Shown one piece after another: positions 50,786 to 62,585 of a stretch of 64,000 nucleotides of DNA. Below the pieces are notes generated by a model. It saw only the letters and a program-made list of their open reading frames with translations. It had not been told where the DNA came from and made no database searches. Numbering within the stretch: the first letter of the stretch is position 1; each line of letters opens with the position of its first letter. Position numbers and translations under genes: made by a program. Source of the DNA: Iphione sp. A-MEVVRFRX5 (taxonomy: Eukaryota); the NCBI GenBank assembly GCA_976226885.1, contig OZ320315.1, positions 34,412,001 to 34,476,000 on the forward strand, given 5' to 3'.

Positions 50786-53700
50786 TTACACACCATACAA
50801 GTCAATGTTCAACAAGTGATGACACGATAGTTCTTCGATTAGAGGTACATCCCAATAAGACCACGCATTTTTGTCCGGGTCGTATTCTTCGATGATGGAC
50901 GTCGTCTCATTGCCGTCAATATCACCACCTCCAACCAAGATCTTTCCCTGTGTTAAATGAAAGAACACATTTGTTACTGACGGGGCCATGCGTACTTCTT
51001 TCTAGTATTGTCGTATGAACTGAGATGTAAAACTCTGGGTAAATCACCACAGCGGTCATGAAATTTACTGAACCATGCCTAAGATGTCCCTTCTCACGCC
51101 CGTTTTATTTCATTCTTGACTGCTAGCAATGATGAAAAAGAAATCGATCTCGAGAAGATGTTCGAAAATTGCCATTCTTTTTTACACCCCCGTTCTCCTT
51201 GTTGCCTTGCGTATTCACAGCTAAAGCACGTGTATTTTTTTCCCTCTTATATGACGAAATAAAAAAAACGCCATTTTTTTTGGGTTAAAAGTCAAAACAT
51301 ATATGACCCTACCTTCCAAACAACAGCCGGCGCATTACCATGCTTCTCCCGCGGCAACGCCAGACAGGTCCACACGTCGGAGCGAGGGTCGTAACTCATA
51401 CAGGAGCGAGTGTATCCTCCGACCACGTAAATGTGGTCGTTGACGATGGCGGCCGCTCCCAAGCGACACGGCTTGGGCATGTCCGCCCGCCACGACCACT
51501 CGCCCCAGACGGCGTCGTACGCCATGGTGCTCTGTGACGTGGCGTCGCTGACGTCTATACCGCTCATGACGTAGATGTACTGGCTGTACGCCACAACGAG
51601 CGGCTCGGACAGCGCCTTGAGCATCTTCGGCGCCTTCAGCCAGCGCCTCTGGCGCGGATCGAGGCGCTCGACGGCGGCCACGGGGCGCGTGTCGTCCTCG
51701 CCGCCCAGCACGTAGACGCTGCCGTTGTGCAGCACGCTGCCGTGTTTGCAGCGGCCGTGGCTCATGGCCTCCACCGCCCGCCACTTCTTCTCCGTCGTCT
51801 CGAAGAGCCAGCACTCGCGCTTCACCTCGTTGTGGTAGCCGCCGGTGAGGAGGAGGCCGGCCGCCGTGGCGCACACGCTGTAGAACTTGCACAGCCCCAG
51901 CGGCCGCGGCAGCTGCGCCAGCAGTTCCCAGGTGGAGCCGTCGAGCGGCAGGAACCAGCTGTGCCGGTTCTCCCGGTCCTCCTTGTCCAGGCCGCCGATG
52001 ACGACCAGGCAGCGGTGAATGACGAAGCCGGCCCGCGGGACGGTTCGCGGACTGCACAGCTCGTGCCGCTTGTCGGGCACCATGTGATACCTCCGGGCCT
52101 CCTCCAGGTAATTGTGACAGACGGGGGACGTCATGAAGGGGCTGGAGGAGACGACACGGCAGAGGTACACACTGGAGCAGAAGGGCAGGCGAACCTGGGC
52201 AACAATCTCGGGGAAGTATTGTTCTCTGCAGATGGAAAAGGATGCATGCAAGAACTTGCTGTTATTCTATTGAGGAACAAGGAACCTATTTATGTTCATA
52301 TTACTCCATCAGAGTGTTAAACCGTAGTTGTTTTGGAGAACAGTAAAGTTCACCACACATCGATGAAAGAGCAAATGACCATGGACAGAATAAGTACGCT
52401 AAAAGATGATAAAAGGTCAGTGTTAGTATGGCAAGTTAACCAATTGGCGTCATGGCCAACTCGTTCCCTGTGGTACGACATAGCGTCTTGGCTGACTGGC
52501 ACCTTTGCAAACTAAGCATTTAACTATGATGGCGAGTTAAGGGTTTGGTGAACCCAGCAGGAAAACCAAGCGCTTGGTCTGCGTCCAAGCTCAAGGTGAG
52601 AGTGCTGAGTCTACCTACCCTTCATGAGATCATATCGTTTAACGCGCTTCTAACAAGGCAGTATATCCAACAAAGAATAATATTTTCACTCATGTTCGAA
52701 CCCATAAACCCACAATCGTTCTTTACAGTTCTATTATCTTCTTGCCTGTCCTTCTTGCCTGTCCCAACACCTTCCTCAAAGTCCTATCACATTTTTCACC
52801 ATCCCAACACGTCCCAACACCTTCTTCGCAGTCCACACACCTTCCTTATACATGTAGTCCTTACACCTTCCCTCTCAGTCCTCAAATCTTCACAGTCCCT
52901 ACACCTTCGTCACAGTCCCAACGTCTTCCTTATAGTCCTAATACCTTCCTCACAGTCCCCACACCTGCCTCACAGTCCCTACACCTTCCTTGCCGTCCCC
53001 ATACCTTGCTCACAGTCTCCGCACCTTCCTCACGGTACTGACACATTCTTCTCCATCCTTATGCTTTAATAACAGTCCCCACAGCTTATATATTGCTCGC
53101 TTTCCTTCCCCACTCTCTCAGTCTCTTCTTCACTGTCCCTTACTGTTCGGATGCCTTCCTTACTATACCTGCCTCATTGTTGCAATGCCTTTCTGATTGC
53201 CGCCCCTCCCCCTGTCCTCATTGTCTCAACACCTTCTTTACTGCCCTTCAATGCCATATTTGCTATTTCTCACGGAACCCCACAGCCTCTTTATTCTACC
53301 AAATCCTTCCTCACTTTCTCCTCTGGTCATTGGTGGCCATCCCAGCTGCCTTTAGCTTCCACCATCTGAGCCAGCCACCCCAGACCACCGCCAACCTTTA
53401 CAGGACGACATCATCCGTCCATCTCCTGCCTGAGGCCGTCCAAGCCATCCTCAAGGCTTTGCTAGGCCGCCCCCAGCCCTAACGGCTAACAGCAGCCACC
53501 CAAAGCCTGCAACAGTTGTCCCAAGCCCCAAGCTGCCAACATCCATCAACGGTAACCTCAGGCTGCCTGTCTTCCCTTGGTTACCAATGGCTGCTTCCAG
53601 GCTGCCCCTGGATACCAATGCTGCTTATGGTGGATTGCTAAAATTAATTTGACATTACCCTTATTTGTTGCTATGGAGGAATGTCACTACCATATGGAAC

Positions 53701-55840
53701 CGGTAAATTAAAATAATTGTATCTTAATCATTTCATTTTTATCTTAGCTACCCAGAAAATGTAAAATACAGGCATTTTACTACAAATAAAAAAAAATTGA
53801 AAAGCTCAAAATATGCTTCTTACCTTAATTCTAGGTCATGTCGCACCCAAATACAGACAGCTTCATAGACAGTGTCCTCATTCACAATATCAATAGCATC
53901 ATCAGAAATGTACTCTATAAGATCAGCAACTGACAACTGATTGAACTCAGTGGCCCTGTGAAGATAAGAGACACTGATAACAATGATACATCCAGTCATG
54001 TCCAGATGGGTGATACCGTCCACCCAAAGAATGTGAACTTCAATCGAGCAGATAATAAGTAATGGTATAACGGTTCGATTTCCAAGCTATTCTCACCTTA
54101 CAACTTTGGGAAATTCCAAAACCATTACTCTACGGGCGCTCTTCTGCAGGCGCCTGAGGGCATACAGTTTGGAGAATTTATAGAATCCGATGCAGTTAGA
54201 AGGATCAACCTGTTTCACCAAGAACTCCTCGCACGCTCTCTTCAACCCGTTGAACTGGAACTGATCGGAGGCCTGAAACAAGAACTAAAACGTGCAGTGT
54301 GTAGGTATCATCAACGATAGACTCTTTTGGGCAATAAATGCTTTATTCTGAAGCGATAATTCATTAAATAGGCTGGCAGTGAGAATCTTTTGGTTCAAGT
54401 ATTTTATATACTAATCTATAAGTACTTACATCGTAACACTCACCTGCACTAAGCGCTGTACATTCTGAGATGTCAACTGTACATTTCCTGAGTAGATGTA
54501 CTGAAGAAGTGTGGACATTGTTTCAGAGTCGGTTCCCTTGATTTCAATCACTCCTGACTTGGCTTCCTCTAGGCCCGAGGTGAACATCCCTTTAAAGTAT
54601 TCACTCGCTGTGGGAGCGAGAACGGGATATCCGAGGAGGTTATTTCAGCAAGACGCAATGACAATGGTTATAAAGATACCTACGCGACATTGATGATGAT
54701 AGTCTAACATATAGGACCAAAGGGTTAAGAGTAGCTCCTGTAGATGTATGGGCAGCACAATAGCCAACTTCCAATCAACTAATTATAAATTCAAGAAAAG
54801 CCTGCTTCAAGTATGAAAGATGCAAGCGTGTAGGAATGTATCAAGAATAAAATTCTACAGCAAAGCATCAATTCGACAAATCTTGCAAACTAATCTTACG
54901 AATCAACAAAGATGCATTGTGCCACTCTGAAATGCAAGGGTATGAGATGGTTGCGGCCATGAGTTGGTGATGGTGTGAGTTGCTTAGAGATTAAGTTGGT
55001 TAAAATGTGAACTGGTTACGGTGTGAACCATCCTGTTTTATTGAGCCACAACAGAGTTTTATGCTTTACTGAAATTTGTCCACTACAGAATCTGAGTGGG
55101 ACCCCTCTGTTAGGGTTGAATCTCTCCCATGGGGAGCTACTTTCCCCATGACCGGCCAGTGTAGTACCACACATGTAAGTATGACCTAAACCTGAACTTG
55201 AAACATGATGGCTGAATATTGCAGGAAACTCATAATATCAAATTCCCAAGGGTGACGGTTAACAATTAGTTCATCTGAAACGCTGGATATGTCTACATCT
55301 TGCACGTTTCCGTTCGCAGCAATGGTACTTTTGTGTACACATGCATAGTCGATGAACTTTGAAAATTGTTGAAAAAAAGTTTTTAAAAATCTCACACATG
55401 TACTTGTTCAAGAATACGAAAGCATATGTCTGACATAATCTTGAATGAACACCTTCTATATAGTTGAAACTAGTCGGATACAACCCACTGCATTTCTGTA
55501 CTGTACCTGCGACCAGCACGACGCGGTGGCATGGTAGCTCCTTGTCTCCTGCCTTCAGAATTACATCGGTGTGTTCATTATCATCCCTCAGATTTGTTAA
55601 GCGAAGCATAAAGTCCTTCAAGTAGTCGACGTCCGAAACATTTTGGTAAGAAAGCGGCGGATGTTGTTTCTCATCTTTTGAATCCGCAGGAAGTGTTCTC
55701 TATATTCAAAAGTGGGAAAAAAGTTATGGCTGCTTGATAGGTAAGTTACATATACGCTTGTATTCCTGTCGTAAGGTTTTATTCTCCCCCCTTCATTGAG
55801 AGAACAAATGATAAGGATCCACCAATATGTTGCTCACCAT
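50786..55840 (-). CDS. Kelch-like BTB-BACK-Kelch protein (KLHL family), about 580 aa
   Basis: In-frame GT-AG exons: 55840-55838 (ATG, tentative), 55699-55507, 54607-54444, 54272-54097, 53955-53824, 52225-51313, 50947-50786. BTB (TDVIL...CHRVVLVAASEYFKGMF), BACK (NCIG, VYEAVCIWV, QVRLP) and Kelch GG...YDP...W repeats. Confidence 0.95.
52760..53060. repeat. Degenerate tandem repeat of about 21 bp (cacagtccc.acaccttcct) in a KLHL intron
   Basis: The unit recurs about a dozen times with decay. Confidence 0.85.
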
Positions 55841-57301
55841 CAAAAAAGCAAACATAACAAGAGTGACTACTGTGGCTGGTTGCTTCTGGGTGTGGTGAGA
55901 GGGTACTGAAACCCATCACTTCCACAGCGAAGTTCAGTTTGTGCCCACGTGTAGCAAAAATGGAGACGCAAGTTTAGAATGCTTAAAGATGCCCAAGGGT
56001 TTTTTTTAATATCTGGTAGGAGACCTGCCTATTTTAAAGCTGTTTTGCCTATCTGACTCTCTGAGAAAATCTCCCGATTTTTTAATATGGAAAATCATTA
56101 TGGAAAGAAATGGATTTAACCGAAAAAGAGTGTGACTATTTGAGCAATAATTTAACAAAAACTATACAAAATATCCCCAATACTACAGAGGTGGAACTAA
56201 TTTTTTTTCCTCTCTATAAAGGCAAATAGTATTAGTGGCTTTGGGGGGTATCGGACGATACCCCCGATACCCCCTTGGCTACGGGCATGACATGTGTAAT
56301 GTTGTTATCCGGTTCCTCCCCCTCATGAATATTAAGTAGGGAGCAATCCCACAACTCCATCCAATATGGCTACCACCAACATGTAGTAATAAACATCACC
56401 TCTTTGTAACTAAGTTCTCAAGTGATCATTTCATACACACACACACAACACAACATTGGCGACGAGGATAAAGCACCAAGGAAGGAACAGGAAAAGTTTG
56501 GATAATTTCTGTGTCCCAGGAAAACAAGTAGGTGACTTTAAAGTATTTCACATGTGAGCAACTCTGTGAACAAAGGAGGACAGAGAAGGCCACCAAGTCA
56601 ACTGTGTGTAAAGGGAGCTACAAGTGATTTAAACTACCTTTGAAGGAGTATATTGACTTTGTATGTGTTCCTGTGTATATGATCTGTGATCTGTTAAGAC
56701 CTGAAGTCTGACTTGAATATAAGGTGAAAAGCAGACCACAAATGACACTAAGTTAGTCAGGAAGGCAGGAATTCCCTCGGGACCTGTCGGGAGCGTCACA
56801 TCGCGATTTCCCGCCCATTACAACAACACAGAGGTGAGTGGAGCGAGGTTTATTACGACAAGAGCAAGTAAACAATTACACAAGAGAGTTCAAAAATGTT
56901 ATTCGGCTATTGTCCCTAGCGGTAGGTGGCCTGAGGCCACGGTCCCTCGTTCAGGTGGCCTTCTCTTAGCGTTCTTATGTTTTTGGCCTGTCCCTCGGGG
57001 GGGGGTCCACCGAGGGAAGGCAGAGAGAGAGGGCGTGGAGGGCGGGACTTCAATGAGACCAAAGAGCAGAGTGAGGAGGGGACAGGATGGGAGTCCCCCT
57101 CCTTGCCTCCGCGCATGCTCAGGTCCCTCACCTCCCTCTGCAATGAGGGCGCATGCTCCACATGCGCACCCATTACAACAACACAGAGGTGAGTGGAGCG
57201 AGGTTTATTACGACAAGAGCAAGTAAACAATTACACAAGAGAGTTCAAAAATGTTATTCGGCTATTGTCCCTAGTGGTAGGTGGCATGAGGCCACGGTCC
57301 C

Positions 57302-58296
57302 TCATTCAGGTGGCCTTCTCTTAGCGTTCTTATGTTTTTGGCCCAAGGTTGAGCAGATGGAGGTGATGTCGGAAGTGGGCACCTGAGGGAGGTATGCGCT
57401 GGCTGCCTTGGAGCGCCAGTCGCCCCTTTTCAGGACCTCTCGGAGGGGGGCTCCGGCGCCGAGTTGATCTCGGGCGCCTCCGTGTCGGAGGCTATGGAGG
57501 GTGAACGTTCCGGCTGGGACCCCCAGGCCGCGGAGGGCGTGGGCCCAGCGCTTTGAGACCACTGCAACCTGCAATGGGGAGCCGTCCCGTCTGCTGATGA
57601 GGGGCTGCCGGGGTGACCTTGTGGGCGAGTATTCCAGGAGGCTCTCAACCGCTGCTCTTAGGGCGGAGCCTCTCGGGGCTTCGACCTTGATGGTGGATGC
57701 ATACCCGGCCTCTTGCCGGGTTTTGGACCACCTAACAACTAGGGAGACCGAGCTGGCTGAGAGGGAGAGGTCTCCCCTGGTCAGTTGCCTGGTCGGATCG
57801 AATGGGTCCGACCTGGTATAGAAGTGTGACTGGCGTAGGAGGGTGGCGAACTGGAGGCGGAGGCCACACACTATGGCCGTACCGTCCCTGTCCTCAGCGA
57901 TGATGTTGCACGCCTGGTCCAGGAGGCTAGCTGTGACGCCTGGCCTGGGCCTTGTTGGTGGCTCCCGGCGCCTTGTGAGGCCTTTGAGCATGTTGGCCAC
58001 TGGCTTGGCTGTCCATGCTGGGTGGAGCATCTCTTTGTCAGCGAGGGCACCCCTGATGGCGCCTATGGTGTTGGCGGTCGACCGGGCTGTTGAGGTTCCG
58101 GCGCACTCCGCCAGGAAGGCGCAGATGTGTCGTGGCTCCGGCGACCGCGGGTCGAGGTGGTGCCTCTCGGTGAACTGGGCGAACTTGGTGAGGGCGGAGG
58201 CTCTGTTCCTCCTCGTTCCAGGGCGGATCGCTTGGGAGATGGTGTCCTCCACCTCGTTGAGGAGCTGGTTGAGGCGTGGATCTGTGGTGTTATAGG
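57302..58296 (-). CDS. Ngaro element 2 tyrosine recombinase
   Basis: LLRQSH, WSKT, HSLRHGGA, GDW and SAY motifs. The N-terminus SYNTTDPRL aligns with SFSSTDRRL of element 1. Confidence 0.9.
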
Positions 58297-60581
58297 AACA
58301 TTGTATAGTCGTGTGCCAAGGGGGGAACTATTGTGTGAATGAGAGAGGAGGCGGCGACCAGGCGAGCAGCGAGGGCGTGGGAGGCCGGCGAGAGTGACGC
58401 CCTGCTTAGGGCGTCGGCTAGGGTCATGGAGGCACCGGGGCGGTGTTCGAACTGGACACGGATGCCCCGGAGTTCAGCTTCCATCCACATGGCCCGGGCA
58501 CAGGCCAGCAGGACGGGGTCGCGCCCCCTGCCCGAGGCGTAGACGGAGACCGCCGCGGTGTTGTCGCAGACCACCCTAACGACCCGGCCTGGCTCCACAG
58601 CCGGGAGGAAGGTGCGGAGGGCGACGAGGCAGTTCAGGGCTTCCAGTTGGGAGATGTGGTGGTCCCGGGCGACGTGGAGGGGCCAGACGACCGAGTAGCA
58701 TCTGGTGCCATCTGAGGCGCCTGCTCCCTGTAGGCAGGCATCCGCCTCGATCGTGAGGTCCGGTTCGCGGGGCCTGTAGTAGGACACGCCGTTGAATCGC
58801 TGGACGAAGGAGTGGAGCCAACGGAGGTCGGCCCTGGCGTGTTCGTCCAGGTACACCGGGCCGGGAGGGGAGGCACGGAGGGTCTCCAGGAGGCGCGCCA
58901 TGAAGAGGCGAGCCGGCCTCACCGCCTTAGCCAGGTGGTTGATCTTGCCGAGGAGGCCTTGGTACTGGTGGAGAGGGATTCGGGCGGCCGTGGAGGCCGC
59001 AGCGAACTCAGCAACGTACTGGAGGAGCTTGGACTCCGGGATGGTCAGCGTAGCTTCTACGGTGTCAAAGCGTATGCCCAGCCATGTAGCTTGGGTTGAC
59101 GGCTGCTGGAGCTTGTCCTTGGCTACCGCCAGACCAAGGGCGGCCAGGAGGGACAGGGTGGTGTCCACTGCGTGGCTTGTGCCGGCCTGCGACTGTGTGG
59201 GGAGGGCGATGTCGTCCAGGTACATGAAGGCTGCTATCCCTGCGCCCTAGAGGCTCCTCACAATGAACTCCGCAACCTTCTGCATGTAGAAGGCGCTCTT
59301 CCTGGCTCCGAAGGGCAGGCAGAGATTGACGTACGTTGCGTCAGGGAGTCGCAGGGCTAGGAGCGGCCAGTCTAGGGGACAGACAGGGAAGTGGCGGTAG
59401 GCTCTCTTCAAGTCCACCACCGCTATGAGTGCTCCAGGCTCCATGCCTGAGAGGGCTGTGGCAAGATCCCGGACGGTCGGCAGGGCGTGGGAGGCCAGTG
59501 TTCCCAACGAGTACTCCTTCTGTATGAAGGAGTTGACATCGTTGCCCTGGGGGAAGGAGAGATCGACGATGATTCTGCGCGCTCCTGAGGACTTGGGGCG
59601 AGTCATGACGGGTGACGCATGGAACCAGGGAGTGAAGGGGGGCCCATGGAAGGGGCCTGCCAGGGCACCCAGGGCGTATTCCGTCTTCGCATATTCTCGA
59701 AGGGCGTCCGGGAAGGCCGCGGCTGAGGGGTGATTGGGGTGGTCAGCGTTGTCGAGGGGTGGCCCGGCATACTGGAGGGGGAAGCCGAACCTGATGCCGT
59801 CCAGGACGAGCTGGTCGTCCGGATGGCCCGTCGCCTTGCGGAGCCATTGGGTGGCCGGGAGGACCCCCAAGGGGAGCCTTGCCGCGAGCATGTTGGGGTG
59901 ACCTGTCGCGCGGACAGCGTTGTAGACCGCGGCCCTATGCGTCCATTCTGTGGAGGGATCGGGCCAGGTGAGGCGTTTGTGTGGAGCTAGGGCTGCGGTG
60001 AACCAGGGGGGTGACAGGACCGTGGGCAGCGTGGGGGCATCTGGTGCTGTGGGGTGCCAGTTGGACGGCGGGTCCTGTGGTGGGCCGTCATCCGGTGACG
60101 GTTGGGCTCGTGTTGGCAGACGCGCGCTAGCAGGGCTGTGCTGTCTGCTGGAGACATCCTGTGTTGTGAGAGCCATCAGGCGCGGCGCGGCCCGTTGGGC
60201 GCGTCGGGCCGGGACTTCTCGTGTTGTGAGAGGGGGAGCTGGCGTCGGGCCTTGTATGTGGACATCCCTTGTTTTGACAGCGTTAGCGGCTGGCGGCGAC
60301 CGTTGGCCGTGGCGGGGCCGGTCCAGGGTTATTTCAGGTGGCGGCAGGCTGGTGGTTTCCGGAACCAACAGAGCTGATGTGACGGGGGGGTTGTCGCCGG
60401 GCTGAGGGAACGCTGTGGTGGGTCCTGCCTGGCTGAGCCAGGTCGGTTGCCCGTTTGCCCCCCCGGAGCTCCTCAGTTTTTTGCGGGGGAGGATTTCTTC
60501 CCGTCCTTCTCCGGCCTTTGCTTCTTGTCCTGGCGTTGTTGCTGTTGGTCGTTCTTTGTCAGGCGATGCTTCCTGAGGCAT
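58290..60581 (-). pseudogene. Ngaro element 2 RT-RNase H with one nonsense codon (59247-59249)
   Basis: DLKRAYRHF and LPFG, then TAG, then YLDD, ADAC, LEALN, CDN and ADALSR in the same frame. Confidence 0.92.
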
Positions 60582-61660
60582 TCATGGGCCGGGTGGGAGC
60601 ACTCCTTGTTCCAAGCGCCTCTCCAGCATACAGAGCACCTGTGGAGCATCTTGGTGCCTTCGATGGTGTGGCCATCGTACTCGGGGCACACTGTGGAGTT
60701 GTAGCGGTGGCATGGGGCTGTCTGGTCTAGTAGCTGGAGGTTGCCGGAGCCGAACACCTGGCTGCGGAGGCTTTGAATCTTCTGGTCATCCGCCCATTTG
60801 TATGTGCCCAGGTTGAAGTGGTCAATGACTTGGAGTGACCATGCCCGGACCACTGACCAGTCGTAGCGGGCAGAGTCCAGTGCCACCTCTTTGATGTGTT
60901 GGAGGACCAGTAGGGGGTCCCGTCCGTGCCGTGCTTCGTCGAACGCAAAGTCGGTGAGGCCGACGAGGTGTTCTGAGAGACACAGGTCGTCGAGGGATGG
61001 CCTGGCCTTCAGGGTAGCGACCATGGGTGTTGGGAGGGACATGTACGGCCTCCTGTGCCTCACTGCTTTCTTGGTCAGGGGGTCAAAGACGTCCTTACCT
61101 TTCGATCGCTCGAAGTGGAGCTCTTCTTTGGTCCTGGCCTGCCACGAGGTTCTTGAGGAGGTCTGTCTGGTGGGTGAGTCCTCACTATGTGACCGTGAAG
61201 AGGATCTGTGGCGTCGTCTCCTGCGCCTCCGGGTCCGGCTGGGCGAGCGGTGGCTCGAGGAGTTTTCGTCTGAGTCGTCTCTGGCTGACTGGGACGTGTG
61301 GGTGTGTCGAGGGGCTGCTGCTGAGGCCAGGGCTACTGACTGTACTGTTTCTGCCGAGCGCTTTACAATTTCTTCCAGGGCTGCTAGGCGGGCGTCCTGC
61401 GTGGCGCTGGACTGCCGCGTCGTTGCGTCTATGGAATGTAGCTTTTGGCCGAGGATGGTCACATGCTGCATGGTCGCTGCCAGGTTGTCGACAAATTCTG
61501 CTGGGACCGTGTACAGGGGCTGGCCCACGGTCGCCGCGAGTTGTGAGGGCTGTAGGGAGCCCGGTTGTCCTGGCACGGGGCTTTGTTGGGGCTGCTGGAG
61601 GACCGGAGGTTGTGCTGGGCCTTCACGCTGGATTGGTGTAGTAGCTGTGGTGGCGTCCAT
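60473..61660 (-). CDS. Ngaro element 2 gag-like ORF1
   Basis: 395 aa; YDWSVVRAW region and CHRYNSTVC...H...HRCSVC...HPAHEC cluster homologous to element 1 gag. Confidence 0.88.
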   Translation of the reverse strand: MDATTATTPIQREGPAQPPVLQQPQQSPVPGQPGSLQPSQLAATVGQPLYTVPAEFVDNLAATMQHVTILGQKLHSIDATTRQSSATQDARLAALEEIVKRSAETVQSVALASAAAPRHTHTSQSARDDSDENSSSHRSPSRTRRRRRRRHRSSSRSHSEDSPTRQTSSRTSWQARTKEELHFERSKGKDVFDPLTKKAVRHRRPYMSLPTPMVATLKARPSLDDLCLSEHLVGLTDFAFDEARHGRDPLLVLQHIKEVALDSARYDWSVVRAWSLQVIDHFNLGTYKWADDQKIQSLRSQVFGSGNLQLLDQTAPCHRYNSTVCPEYDGHTIEGTKMLHRCSVCWRGAWNKECSHPAHECLRKHRLTKNDQQQQRQDKKQRPEKDGKKSSPAKN

Positions 61661-61939
61661 TGCTTGGCGGTCAGGAGCGGTCAGTAGGTGTCACTTCAAT
61701 GAGACCAAAGAGCAGAGTGAGGAGGGGACAGGAGGGGAGTCCCCCTCCTTGCCTCCGCGCATGCTCAGGTCCCTCACCTCCCTCTGCAATGAGGGCGCAT
61801 GCTCCACATGCGCACCAATTATAGCGTGGGTACACAACTAAGAACAGCTGTGAGTCACTGGGAGCGTCATATGGCCGATTTGGCGGGAAAGAAGACATGG
61901 GTATAGGCTCCTGGGATCGCGCAAAAGCTGTCAAACTCG

Positions 61940-62320
61940 CCGAGGCCCTCCAATTAGCGTGGGAACAACTGTAGGGCGACCAGGACCTCCCTAGACGTGT
62001 TGAAATCGCCGTTGTGCACAAAATTAATGTCAAAGTAACTCAGGACCCTCCAAGAGTGTGTAGGACGCCCTAAAAGATCGCCGTTGTGCGTAAAATTAGT
62101 GCAGGAAGGCTGTCAAAGTAACTCGGGACCCTCCAAGAGCATCAAAATCGCCGTTGTGCGTAAAATAACAAACGGGAACCACTATAGAGCAACCAAGACC
62201 TCCCTGGAAGTGTTGAAATTGCCGTTCTGTGTAAAATTAGCGTGGAAAGAGCCTACAAACCCTCCAGGAGGGAATAGGACGCTGTAATCGCTGTTAGTGT
62301 GAAAATAAAGCATGGAAACT
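61940..62320. repeat. Degenerate tandem repeats in the Gypsy leader
   Basis: aaatcgccgttgtgc..aaaatta and gaccctcc blocks recur about every 60-80 bp. Confidence 0.7.
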
Positions 62321-62585
62321 AACTGGAAGTGTTTCTGACAGCTGAGATAAAAGTTTAAATACTGGAAACTGAAGAAGTGCATGTAAAGTTTGGTTAAAGA
62401 TTCAACCTGTCACAGTAATGAATCCTGACCTGAGGTAGGAAAACTTTTAATATTATTCTTGTATAACCTGTGTGCTGTCTACAAGAAGAGGATTCAGCCA
62501 GGTCAGTGATTTTATTTTTCTGGGCAAAGAAGAATAGTGTCTGACATTTTATTTTGATTGAAGTATTGAAAATAAAACTGTCAAG

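Larger units (their letters stand above)
56816..61816 (-). mobile_element. Ngaro-type YR retrotransposon 2 (GC-rich), nested insertion
   Basis: A1 61693-61816 vs A2 57047-57170 (1 mismatch); B1 57171-57343 vs B2 56816-56988 (3 mismatches). Order A1-gag-RT/RH-YR-B1-A2-B2 on the minus strand; no TSD. Confidence 0.95.

Noticed and set aside
51335..52320. Overlapping 240-aa and 197-aa alternative ORFs in the Kelch exon
   Set aside because: Expected by-products of very high GC content.
60891..61841. 316-aa and 204-aa plus-strand ORFs over Ngaro element 2
   Set aside because: Shadow ORFs of the GC-rich gag, with no motifs.
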